Source: an uncultured Verrucomicrobiae bacterium
Lineage (GTDB): Bacteria; Verrucomicrobiota; Verrucomicrobiia; Palsa-1439
Reading direction: 5' to 3'
DNA: 64,000 bases
Assembly (NCBI GenBank): GCA_963812605.1
Contig: CAWEWF010000003.1
Coordinates: forward strand, 58,192-122,191
Part shown: in pieces, positions 9,232 through 21,231 of the stretch
Position numbering within the stretch: position 1 is the stretch's first letter
Layout of the letters: every line of letters starts with the position of its first letter
Position numbers and translations under genes: made by a program
The notes under the pieces: model-generated
What the model was told of the DNA's origin: nothing
Databases searched by the model: none
The model's input: only the letters and a program-made list of their open reading frames with translations

Positions 9232-12200
9232 GATTTCTTCCGCATGGCTTCAGCGGGGCGCGGTAGGCTATCTCCTCGCGTTGCCTCTGTTCTTCCGGCG
9301 TGAGCTTCGGGACGGAGCGCTTGACCTTGTAGCCCTGACGGATCGTTTCCTCCAACTTCGGGACTGGCTGCGGGAGCGCCTTCAAATATGCGATGAACTG
9401 GTCGGGCTGATGATATGACACCCTCGCCGCAGTATCCGCGCCAAGACTTGCCGAAACCGCCGCTGAGATTTTTTGCAGACGGCCCTCGTCCACGCAAATA
9501 ATGGCGATCTGCGGTATCCCCGCCTTGAGGCATTTCTGAACGTTGCCGACTTCATGATCAATGGTTGTGGTGATGGAAATCTCGCACGCGATCTTCTGAT
9601 CGTTTCGCTCCAGTAGCAAATCCACGCTTTCCTGACCTTCGGAAGGACGCTTTTCAATCACGCTGCGGAAGCCAAGTGCATCTGCGGCGTCTTTGATGCG
9701 CCGTTGAATGGCTTGGTGTTGTGACCCGCCTTTGCCCAGGTCACGGAGCGGCTTCTGAATTTCCGCAGCGACCGGTGGCTCCATGTCCAATCGCGCACTC
9801 TTGTCACTTTTCGAAGCTGTTGCTTTCGGAACTTCGGCAGCGTTTGTTTCGGAAGCGTGAATCAGTGGGGAAGCGGGAACTTGAACTGCGGTCGGTACAG
9901 TGTTCGGAACCGGAGACTGTTCCTGTAGTGGTTTGTTTCTTACGAACACGGAAGTTGGTCGGTCAGTCTCCCAGGCCTGCCGCAACATCGCTTCAACCTG
10001 CGCTCGGGGAGTGCCGTATTTTTCTCGCGAAGCCGCAATCACTTCCTGCCTTCGTTTCGCTCCTGCCGTTTCATCGGGTGCGTCGAACAAGGGAACCGAG
10101 AGGTTAAAATCAAAATCACTCCGTTCCACGCGACAAATGGCTTGGGCCGTCTCCAAGTTCTTCAAGTCCGCTGATTCAAAGAAGGCGAACCCTTCGGCCA
10201 GCTTCTTGGCGTCGTCGTCGCCGACCCGAAACACGATGCGGGTAAACGGGTGCGACATGACGGCACTGGCTACGTCGGGACTGCGCTGCAATTGGTGTAG
10301 TTCGTGATGCGCCAGAGTCAGGCCAATTCGATATTTTCGCGCGCCCGATAGGATCTCCGCCATGCTTGGGGTGATGAAGTTGGCGAACTCGTCCACGTAG
10401 ATCCAGCAGTCTCGGCGGGCGCGTGATCTGCTTGGCCTGGCGGCTCATGGCCATTTGTTGGAACTTGGAAACGAGCAATGCGCCCAGCAAATAGGAATTC
10501 TCTCGGCCCAAGAGCCCTTCGGGCAACTTGGCCAGAAAGATTTTGCCGCGTGTCCATGATCTGGCGCGAAATCCAACCGGTTCTCCGGCTGGGACACCAT
10601 GTGGCGAATCGGTTTTTGTGCCAGAAACATCTCCAAGCCTCGTGAGGATGGGACCAATGGACTTGTTGCCCGATAGATGTGGAAATCCTTTGCTGCCAGT
10701 AGTACAGCACGTTCGGGTCTTGAACAGATTTCGAGAAATTCGGACCGGAAAGACGGTTCAATCAGGAAGCGGCGCAAGTCGGCGAGCGTGCCGCGCCGAT
10801 TGCTTTCCAGAAAGGCGAGAATCGCGTTTTGCAGCACGCTTTGCATCTGGTCGCCCCAGCTTGACGACAGCCGCTGGAATACCGACACCAGATCAGAGGC
10901 CAGCAGATTCTTCTCCAGTTCGCTGTGGGCAGAAAGAATGTTGAACCCGACGGAATACTCTTCGTCAGACGGATCAACCAACACCACGTCGTTGATGCGA
11001 TGTGCTGGGATGATGCGTCAATACCTTGTCCACCAAATCCCCGTGCGGATCGAGCACGGCCACACCTTCACCGTTGTCAATGTCCTGGCGGATGAGATTG
11101 AAAAGAAGCGTGGATTTCCCGGTGCCGCTGGCGCCGATGATGTGGCAATGTCTGACCCGCTGTTCGGGCGTCAGTTTGACCGGAACAGACTGGCCGGCGT
11201 GGGCGTTGTCGCCAAGTAATAGACCAGCGACGTTCCGGACAATCGGCGGGGCGGCTTTGGTCTTGCCACTGTTGCGTTCCAGCGCCGGCGAGCGAACCGC
11301 GCTGGATGGCAGATGCACGAAGCCGGTCAACTCGTCGCTATTGAGGAGCATCCCGGAACGCCGGGACTGGCGACGAAGCACGTCCTCAACATGATCGTAA
11401 AAGGGATAATCATCGTTCGTGAGCGGGATGAGTTCGTTGCCTTGCGGTTGGGCAAACACCTGAAGCGAACCGGCCATGTCCTTGGCAATCTGCAGCGCAC
11501 GCTCAAAGGTTTCGCTTCTTGCGGCAATCCGCACGACGGCGGCATAGAGCGGAACTTCGGATTTTGTTTTCCGCCGCGCTTGGTCAGTTCGGGTTCGTTG
11601 ACAAAAAACGGTTTGCCATCGCTGCCAGTGACGGAGCGCAGGATGCTCTCCGACCATTGTCCCTGCACGGGCTGAAAGAGGACTTGGAAGAGCGCGAGGT
11701 CGGCGGATTGCAATTCCGCCAGCGCACCGACAAGCCCGACAAACGGGTCGACCGTTTGCCGCTGGCAAGCTCGTACATAAACTCACGCGCCAAGCCAAAC
11801 TCAACTACCAGCATTTCCTCGCCCTCACAAGATTCCCAAGCCTGCTCTAACGGGCTTTCACATGGCAGAAACACGGCATCGGAGAAGTGGGCCTGCAACT
11901 GGCGGCGGACCAGCGGGGCATCGCTCTGGCTGGCGACGAACTGGACAATAACGCGCCTGGCGGTCCCTAGCAATTCAAAGGCGATCGGCTCGCGACAGAG
12001 TGACAAGATTAGAGAGGAATTGCTCAAAGGCTTCTGCAGTCAGTATCCAGCTTGGCGGGCAGGGAAGTCTGGAGTTCAATCGAGGCTGTCACGTACGAGC
12101 GATTGCGGTTCGGGTTCTTGTTCCCCTTTGGGTACGGCGGATGGTAGGGTCGGCGCGTCACTGAGTTTCTGACTGAGCTTCCGCACCAAGGAACTCAAGA

Positions 12201-12371
12201 GTGTTGGCCGCCTGCCCATCGTCCACGGTGGGGCTGTCGGGCAAATAGTGGCCGTAGAAGGGACGGAACGGTGGTTCGGGATATACGGGTTCATCAAACA
12301 CCTGCCAGCCGCGTCCACGTACTTCCCACTTGTCGGAACTGCTCGGTCAGTATTTCATGCACCGAGGCCAT
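9228..12371 (-). CDS. VirD4/TraD/HerA-like P-loop ATPase (type IV coupling protein-like) with C-terminal PD-(D/E)XK-like domain, multiply frameshifted
   Basis: RHCHIIGASGTGKS (Walker A), VLDPHGDL, YVDEFANF (Walker B), ARKYRIGLTLAH, RIVFRVGDDDA; C-terminal SVDLLLE..IACEIS. Confidence 0.85.
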
Positions 12372-13093
12372 GACGAATCACTTTGGTTCTTCGCGGTACA
12401 GGCACGGGCTTGTAGAGTTCGCCCAGGATGGGTGCCTGCTCGTATTGGCGAGTGAGCTTGACGCCATTGGCGGCGGTGGCTTCTTCGGCAAGTCGTTTGA
12501 TGACCTTTGGCACTGTATCCAGATACAACAGGCGCGTATCGGTACGAAAATACGTTTCCTTTCGGAACCAGCACTCGTAAATGGGGCCGATAACAGGCGT
12601 TTTGATCAATGCGGCATCAAGGTCGGACAGACCCAAGCGCAATCGTGTTCCGAAACACCTGGGCGATGGCGAAGAGAAGGCCCTGCGAGAGCGATCGCCG
12701 CGAAAGACTGCTCCAGTAGCCAGTTGGCAAGCAGCGCGTAGACTGTAGCAAAAAAGAACCAGACCCAGCACAACCGCAGGTGCCAGAGTTTCACGACGGC
12801 GGGAATATACACACGTGCGGCAGGAGAAGAAATACCCGGTGCCAAACGGTGCGGCACACGTATCGAATATCAGACGTTCACGAATCATGCGCAGATAGAC
12901 TCGTTTGTCGGATAACGGGGCCGCCTTCGTCGAATTCGACACGGGTCATGTCCATGCTGGGGATTTTGAGCGGCGGCCAATTCGGCTTCTCGACGGCGGC
13001 ATAGAATTCCGAGGGGTGGATAACTGAAACCGCTCAATGAAACGCGATCCAGTGGTTTAAGACCTCACCCTTTTTTCGCTTGAAGCCGAACAT
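12355..13093 (-). CDS. Hypothetical membrane protein upstream of the ATPase, frameshifted
   Basis: Reconstructed from ATG 13093: HWIAF..EFYAAVE..RVEFDEGG..SDKRVYLRMIRERLIFDTCAAPFGTGYFFS, hydrophobic stretch, ETYFRTDTRL; overlaps the ATPase start. Confidence 0.6.
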
Positions 13094-13162
13094 GGGTTTG
13101 TCGCAAAGTTCAGGCCGTCATTATGGCTGGGTGACATCCGAACGGTCAACGCTAAAGGGAGT

Positions 13163-13937
13163 GTGGTCACGTTGCAGAGAGCTTGTGATACGCTTGACCA
13201 GATAGCTGCTGACAAATGGATGAGGCGATTCCATCCGGTACGTTGGAAAGCCGCTGCGCGGCAATGGACGCGCGGGCTGCGACCGCTGCTATGGTGGGCG
13301 GTTCTCGTGCTTGCGCTTTATGGCGTCCGATTGCACCAGCATTTAATCAGCCAAACGCGGTTGACATACTCAGTCACGTTGCAAGGAAGGCCGGTCGATT
13401 ATCAGGCTTCGGTCATGCTGGATGGTCGACCAATATTCAGTGGCGCGCCTGTGGCACTCGGCTGGCACAGCCTCTCAATTAGCCATCCCAGGGCGGAATC
13501 GTACACGACAAATCTGTTCATCTGGTACGGGGAACACCGATCTAGCCGATGTCGCCTTGAACCGCCTTAAGGGCACGCTGGCAATACAAGCCGATCCTCC
13601 TGCCGCTTTGCTCATTATTCGCGGACCAGAATTCACGCTGACGCTGACGAACAGCTTTGGAACAGTTGAGTCGGTCCCCACAGATCAATATGTCGTTGAG
13701 GCGCGATACCGTCATTGGCAGGGGCGACAGGAAATATCAGTAACACACAACACGATCTCGAATTATACGTTCGCCCCACAGATTGGGGTCTTGCAACTGA
13801 CCTGCAATCAGCCGAATACCTCATTTGAATTGTACGGCCCTGACAATGACTTGGTTGAACGCGGCGTACTGCCGTCGATGATAGACGGCCTACCGAATAG
13901 GGAAGTATACGGTGATCGCTTTCAATCAAGCAAATAG
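13163..13937 (+). CDS. Membrane-anchored PEGA-like beta-repeat protein, frameshifted and probably truncated
   Basis: TM LLWWAVLVLALY, then PEGA-like units (ASVMLDGRP..VALGWHSLSISHP, GTLAIQADPPAA, GVLQLTCNQPNTSFEL). Confidence 0.5.
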
Positions 13938-14192
13938 ACAGGAGAAGATCGTAACAGTCTCGTCGGGAACGGTGAAGAAAATTGACATGTCGTTCCTGTA
14001 GAGCTGCCAGACGAGACGCAGATCTTCTTTGAGGTATTGGAGTATACGACGGGACAGAATGTGATGGTGCTTGGGGTGCTCAATGTCAAAAGCAATTTGA
14101 TTCTAACACGCATCTCTCCTTTCTGCCTCCAAACATTTCACTATCGGCTATTTGTATTGACGAATTGAGTTGGGTTTTGCTCTGTTCCTCGT

Positions 14193-14915
14193 GTGGAAAC
14201 GAAAACTATCGAAGCGAAAGATGATATCCACCAATCTCTGATTGTTTTTGTAGATTTTATCTATGCCGTTGTTTTCGTGGTCATCGTGCAAAAAGTAGTT
14301 GACGATATTCTTAACAATGAAGCCGTGGCGCTATCAACGAAGGTGCAATCTGTATTTTTATTCTGCGGCATCTTTTATTTTCTAGCGTGGGATTGGATTT
14401 TGGGCCGTATTCTCACCCTGCGTTATCCGTATCGCAGTTACACGCCATTCTTCTGCGAAATCTGCATAGCCACATTTGCATATGGAACTGCAAGTGCCGC
14501 AATGGCTGGCAAGTTGGGTTTCCTCATTTACTTTTCTTTGCTTCTTGTGACCGGTGCCCTTTGGGCGAGGCGGACTGCAGGTCAAGTGACGCTCAAGCGG
14601 GACATTCGAGAGTTGTGTGTGATTCAAAGTCTTCAACTAGTGTTCTCCATTCTTATACTGGTGATCTTCTTTGGGTGGTATTTTTGGATCGAGACCGTAA
14701 TTTCATGGCGTTTTGTTGTGCTTGCCATATCAGCCATGTGGGTGTTTATTTTCATATATGAGATGCTTGTGCCGCGGTCTAAAACAGTCACAGCTGGACC
14801 TGGGGTGCCATTTTTGGCACGATCAGACGTTCGAAAGCTTAAGAAATGGTTAAAAAAACAACTTGAAGATGAGCCGGAAAAGATTGTGCAGTATGCAGAA
14901 AGTGGGGATAAGTGA
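14193..14915 (+). CDS. Multi-pass membrane protein, unknown function
   Basis: Intact AT-rich 240-aa ORF with about six hydrophobic segments; FVDFIYAVV N-terminal motif. Confidence 0.7.
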   Translation: METKTIEAKDDIHQSLIVFVDFIYAVVFVVIVQKVVDDILNNEAVALSTKVQSVFLFCGIFYFLAWDWILGRILTLRYPYRSYTPFFCEICIATFAYGTASAAMAGKLGFLIYFSLLLVTGALWARRTAGQVTLKRDIRELCVIQSLQLVFSILILVIFFGWYFWIETVISWRFVVLAISAMWVFIFIYEMLVPRSKTVTAGPGVPFLARSDVRKLKKWLKKQLEDEPEKIVQYAESGDK

Positions 14916-14994
14916 GGTGGGAGGAATTGTTATTATGGTGCGAGATCCGTCCGTTAACCGAAGACCGAACCATCTTAACAACTGAAGGAGTTCT

Positions 14995-15246
14995 ATGAAA
15001 AAGTCAGCTACAACGCTGGTGTATAAACGCACGCCCGAGGTGCGTGTTATGCGCCTGGTAGGCGCCGTGGTTTTTCCTGTGTGGTTCTTACTAATGGCAG
15101 TTTTTATATTCACAGGCGCTTCTCGCCGCGAGTGTTTGGTTGCGACGGTTTTCTTTGCAGGTCTTATCTGCTGTTGGGGATACACGGCACATGTTCTTAA
15201 AAAGAAGGGGCCCGGCCGAAGTCGAATCGTTGTTGTCAGACCATGA
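14995..15246 (+). CDS. Small two-TM protein
   Basis: 83-aa ORF preceded by RBS GAAGGAG; two hydrophobic segments. Confidence 0.55.
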   Translation: MKKSATTLVYKRTPEVRVMRLVGAVVFPVWFLLMAVFIFTGASRRECLVATVFFAGLICCWGYTAHVLKKKGPGRSRIVVVRP

Positions 15247-15590
15247 CGTAGACTGAACACCCGAATAGTCCGTCCACAGCGTAGGAAGTGAAGTTTCCTG
15301 AACCGCAGACGCCGAAGCAATTCGGCGTCTTTTTTACGTCCACAACGCCTGCAACGGAGGCGTAACCCCTCTCCCGCGTAGCGTTAAGCGCAGTTGGTCG
15401 GCATCGACGAAACGCGTGGGGCGTAGCGGAAGGGGAAATAGGCGAGCAGCGAAGTCCCGGCGTGTGGAGTCCGAGACGATCCATCTGCGCAGCCGCGTTC
15501 GGGTGGGGGAAAGGAGTCGAGAGGGAAACTGGGGCGGCGGCCGCTCCTGTGTCCCGTTCGACGCCCAGGTTTCCAATATGCTCAAAAACG

Positions 15591-17055
<1,465 letters not shown>

Positions 17056-17061
17056 TTTATG

Positions 17062-17978
17062 TCAGTTCAATATTTCTTCCAGCCACTCGCGTTTGACCTG
17101 ATGGCCGCGTTCTAATTTGTAAATCTCTGCTCGGGCGTATGCCAGTGCGGCCGCCGAGTATTCGGCATCGGGATGGATCGCTCGAAGGAGTTCAACCTCG
17201 CGACTCTTGTAAAGTGCCCGCATTTGTTGGATCGTCGATGTTGGGACGAAGCCTTTCCAAGTCTTGAACAATGACGCTGAATTGTGCCAGCCAAAGCCCG
17301 GCGGTCATCAACCAGTTCTTTGCAATGAAGGTGGTAAACCTCGATTGATTCTGCAGCTCTCGCGAGTGCTCCGCAGTACCCTCCGGCTTGGACGGGTGTC
17401 GGGTGGCCATCGGGCCGAAACGTCAGGAGCTTCCAATCGTCTGGGTCAATCGGGTCAAGAAGCTCGGGGTCCTCCAGTTCGATATCATCGCCTTCCCGCC
17501 GCGCCCTAAAACATCCGCAGGGCTTAGCGGGAAGTGATCCCATTTGCCACCGCTGGTCCCGTGTATCGTCGATCCACGCGGCGCTGGTTGCACCACTGGC
17601 TTGAATAGCGATAATTCCGCGACGTAAATGCAAGCCACCAGTAGCCCTCGTGGGTGGGATCTCCTTCCACCCGGTTTTTTGGGCGAAAATGGTCTACGTT
17701 CTTATCAGCGGTCGGGTTCCGGCTCTCGGAATACCAGCATTTTCCATGTCTTAGCGCTGCGAGGCTGCGCATCCAGGTCTCGCCAAATCTTTTTCCTAGC
17801 AGGCCACGTCCAAACCTGCAGTAATTGCTGCCTTTCTAGCGGCAGACGGGTCTTCTCCTGCCGCGCGCGCTGCGGCCTCTGCTGCAGCGATTTCATCGCG
17901 CAATTCATTAAGTGCTTGGTCGGCTCGTGCTTGCCAGCCATCAGGTAATGCCAACAGGTCAATGTCTACGAAGCGCAT
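17062..17978 (-). CDS. HNH endonuclease (PtuB/retron-effector-like), frameshifted
   Basis: GKCWYSE..VDHFRPKNRV..GYWWLAF..NYRYSSQWCN, GKWDHFPL, PELLDP. Confidence 0.8.
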
Positions 17979-18970
17979 CAGCCATCGACTTCCTTTTCCA
18001 CTTCTGCAACTGCTTCTTTCAGATACCTCGTGTGGCGATTCGGTCAATCTCTTGTTGCTTTTCTGGGGACAAAAATTGTTCGCCCGCCATTAGCTCGCTG
18101 TGTCTCCGACCCCACGCACGGACGAACGCTGCGTAGTAAGGATCACTGAACGCTTTTGAAAAGCCAGCGGCAGCCAACCTTTTGTCGATTGTCTCAAGTT
18201 CTTTTTTCTCCTGAGCGGTCAATGATTCCTCTTTAGCTACTAAGCGGACTCTGTCATCCAAGTCGGCGAGGGTTTCTGGATCGAGATCGCTTCGAAAACC
18301 GAACATTTCGCTGGTCAGGATGCCCGTGAATCCGAGCCCACGCGGATTGACGCTGGCAGGAGCCCACTTGCAGGCACCAGTCTTCGATGTCGCGCTTCAA
18401 AAGGTGAACCTGCTCTTTGACCAAGACTCGCAATAACAAGCGGGTCATGAGTCGCCATCAGAATTTGACTGCTCTGCTGCTCAGGTGACTCGAGAGCATT
18501 GTCGCTCATTACGCGCGTGAGGTCTTTTAGGTAGTCCACACTCCAATGCGGATTCAAATGGGTATCCGGCTCGTCTAGCAAGCACGAGCGACTGATGCGA
18601 TTTCGTAAATCGCATTAAGCCCAAGACCATGAGCAATTGCTGCTCACCCTCGCTCAGTTGGTGGAACGTGATTGGAACCTGCTCGGTGTTGGTCGCTTTG
18701 ATACGGACCTGAATCTTCACATCGTGGATCAGCTCGGAGAAGTCGGTGCTCTCCAGCGCCAGAAAAAACGTCCGGGCATCCTGGTACTCTGCTGCGAACG
18801 AATGCAGGCTCTCGAGGTCTGGCAAGAAGAAATAATAGTGGTCTTCCGTGGTTGATCGGTAGCCGTAACTGACTGCCTGTTGCACAACCATCGGCGCAAT
18901 GGCGTAGCGGCGAAGCCGCTCCATGACTCGACGCATGATACCGGTGGCTACCCCAGAAATCCTCTGCCTT
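17978..18970 (-). pseudogene. ABC/AAA-21 ATPase (PtuA-like), 5'-truncated and frameshifted
   Basis: LSEGEQQLL signature, LDEPDTHLNP Walker B/D-loop and ATHDP H-switch are present. No Walker A: the frame begins at a junction with a different ATPase gene. Confidence 0.8.
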
Positions 18971-19292
18971 GCTCGGGTGCTACGTTGGCGAAAGGATTTA
19001 AACTGACAGGGAAGTCGCGGTCGCCCGGATTGAAGTACACGAGATGGTCGGCTCGCTGCGGTGGAAGGTGGTTAAGGAGTTCCTCAGCCAAGTCGCCGTG
19101 CGGATCGATCAGGCCGACGCCGTGCCCTGCGGCAATGTGTTGAACGATCAGGTTGCGCAGAAGTGTCGTCTTGCCCATGCCGGTTTTACCGATGACGTAC
19201 ACGTGGTGCCGGCGATCTTCGGCGTGCACGCCAAAAAGCGCGGGGTCACCGCCCCACAAGTCACGTTGGCCGATGTAAATGGGTTGGTTCAT
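18970..19292 (-). pseudogene. Second coupling-protein-like ATPase, N-terminal fragment only
   Basis: DRRHHVYVIGKTGMGKTTLL, LIDPHGDLAE, LVYFNPGD..LNPF, then ends abruptly. Confidence 0.8.
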
Positions 19293-19568
19293 GGCACCAA
19301 GGCCAACCGCCACTCCTGCCACGTAAAGCAGACCCCGTCGTCATTTGAGTCATTAGGCGCGGCGGTGGCATCGACATACGCGTCGGGTGCGAGTCGATGA
19401 GGTAATAGCGGCTGGCGTTGAAGTCAGACACAACACATTATAGCAGTGAACCGGTCGTAAAATCGCGCGGCGCTTTTTCCACAGGTGAGGTAATTGTGTT
19501 CGTGGGCGTATTCATCAAGCGCGAAGTCGTTAGGCGCGGTGCGCGACACGTTGTCCTTTACTAAAACC

Positions 19569-19723
19569 AGTTCCCCCAACGTGTGTCGGGCAGGGCGATT
19601 GAGCCCGGTAGCGCCCGACTTCGCGCTTTTTGGTGATGGGTCGGCGGTTAGCAGGACCCGAACCCGATAGCCACATGGAAAAAGCGCGAAGTCGGGCGGT
19701 AGCCGACACACGTTGGGGGAACT
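19569..19723. repeat. Nested perfect inverted repeats (21 bp and 20 bp arms)
   Basis: 19569-19589 pairs with 19703-19723, and 19612-19631 pairs with 19679-19698. Confidence 0.9.
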
Positions 19724-19998
19724 CGTAGGCCACGGCTGAGCCGCGAATTAGAAAACTGGCAAGCGATAGCCCCTACATACCATGTAAATAGGGGTGTTTG
19801 TATGTCGCACAAGATTCCTTTTGCGACATGAAATCGGAAAAGTGTCAAGGTTGGGCGGTATATTTGACAAGCCAACTCAAACGTGTTGTAACGTTGTCGT
19901 TGGCTTTCTTTTTTGCGGTAGACCGTGGTATGATGCAAACGCACTTGTGAGGGCCTCCGCTCTCCAGCAGTCATCTAAAACCGCAGACAAGTGCATTC

Positions 19999-20026
19999 AA
20001 AAGCCACCGAGAACCGGTGGTTTTTG
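19999..20026. terminator. Probable bidirectional intrinsic terminator
   Basis: AAAAGCCACCG-AGAAC-CGGTGGTTTTT just past the stop of 20031-20507(-). Confidence 0.65.
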
Positions 20027-20030
20027 ATTG

Positions 20031-20507
20031 TCAATCGAGGGCGGGATCACCATCATGGAGGGTCCTTCCCTGCTCGGTTTGCCGCCAAAACGGAATCAGG
20101 CTCCAGAAGATCCGTTCACCGCCCGGCAATTGCTTGACGATGACCTTGAACCGTCGGTTTTTCAGCACCGCAACAAATTCGTAATACTTTACGTGTACGA
20201 GAAGTTTTTCCCATCGGCCATGCCGGTGTCGGCGCTCCCATTCGTTCGTGGTCTGTATTCCCTGCACCGTGTGGCTTAATCGTAGGATTTCTGGCGCTTC
20301 TGGCAGATGTTTAAGCCGCATGAACTGGTCACGTCGTTCGCGGCCTCGATTCCAAGTCTTATGGCGTATGTGCTCGAAGCCCTGGGTGTTGAGTTGGACG
20401 GGCTGACGGAAATACGGGTAGTAGACATGGGTGACGGCATAGTAAAAGGCCTGCGCTTTATGCAGAACCTGTTGGAATTCCTGGTCCGTGAATTCGAGCG
20501 GAGTCAT
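20031..20507 (-). CDS. Hypothetical protein, possible BECR-fold (RelE/barnase-like) nuclease
   Basis: Intact 158 aa: YPYFRQPVQLNTQGFEHI..MRLKHL..YYEFVAV..FKVIVKQ..IFWSLIPFW; the helix-then-beta-meander layout is inferred. Confidence 0.7.
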   Translation of the reverse strand: MTPLEFTDQEFQQVLHKAQAFYYAVTHVYYPYFRQPVQLNTQGFEHIRHKTWNRGRERRDQFMRLKHLPEAPEILRLSHTVQGIQTTNEWERRHRHGRWEKLLVHVKYYEFVAVLKNRRFKVIVKQLPGGERIFWSLIPFWRQTEQGRTLHDGDPALD

Positions 20508-20625
20508 ATCAGAATTGGATCTGCATCAACTCGGCCTGCGTGAGTCGTTCACGAATCAGAGTGCGCCAGTGCTCGTTTCGCAGAGCGCTGTCCAACCACT
20601 GCACAAAGAGGTGATCGATTGGCCC

Positions 20626-20781
20626 TGTGGATAAGTCGCGCCCTTTGCGACGGGTGCGATTCATCTTAAAAGGTCTGCGATTTCTCATATTCTTAATCTG
20701 TATATTCTTATATAGAGTGAAGTCAGACCGGCTTACCTTCAGACGTCAGCGGGTTTACTTCTTGAAGTAAGCCTGTTTACC
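20626..20781. promoter_or_regulatory. Putative replication origin: DnaA box, AT-rich repeats and three iterons
   Basis: TGTGGATAA at 20626; ATATTCTTA at 20687 and 20702; GAAGTCAGACCGGCTTACC (20719), GACGTCAGCGGGTTTACT (20742), GAAGTAAGCCTGTTTACC (20764). Confidence 0.65.
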
Positions 20782-21138
20782 TCTGGGGGTTTTATCCCCA
20801 ATTTGCTTCACCTGAAAATGGATCGTGTAGAGGTTCGTTCTCCCCTGTCCCCTGCGCTGAATGCTGATCAAACCTGCATCGTCCAATTCGGCAATCAACT
20901 GGGTCACTCGAGGGCGCGTCAGGCCCATGTCCTCGGCCAGCCGTTCCTGCCCTGGAAAGCACGAATCGTTGTGCCAGGCATAGCTCAGAAACATGGAATA
21001 GACTACTTTTGCGCCCACTGAGATGCCCGAGTCTCTGAGGATGAAGTTCGGGACCTGGGTAAACCCGTCGCGGGCCACCGGATTCTGCGTATCCAGCTTG
21101 ATGTTGCGCTCGCGGATGATTTCCCCAATTGGTTGCAT
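20755..21138 (-). CDS. Winged-HTH replication initiator-like protein (HTH_36/RepA_N-like)
   Basis: GFTQVPNFILRDSGISVGAKVVYSMFLSYAW..CFPGQERLAEDMG..LIAELDDAGLISIQRRG..NLYTI. Confidence 0.8.
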   Translation of the reverse strand: MQPIGEIIRERNIKLDTQNPVARDGFTQVPNFILRDSGISVGAKVVYSMFLSYAWHNDSCFPGQERLAEDMGLTRPRVTQLIAELDDAGLISIQRRGQGRTNLYTIHFQVKQIGDKTPRGKQAYFKK

Positions 21139-21231
21139 GTGATAGAATTATCACATACGCGATCCGTCTTGTCCCTGTGCACAACTTCCCTTTCAAGTCG
21201 CGTTCGTCGCTATTCATACCCCACTGATTCT

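Noticed and set aside
17062-19723. Retron (msr/msd inverted repeats plus PtuAB effectors)
   Set aside because: No reverse transcriptase motif was found. The hairpin region lies upstream of the coupling-protein fragment and is near the ATPase only because of the deletion junction.
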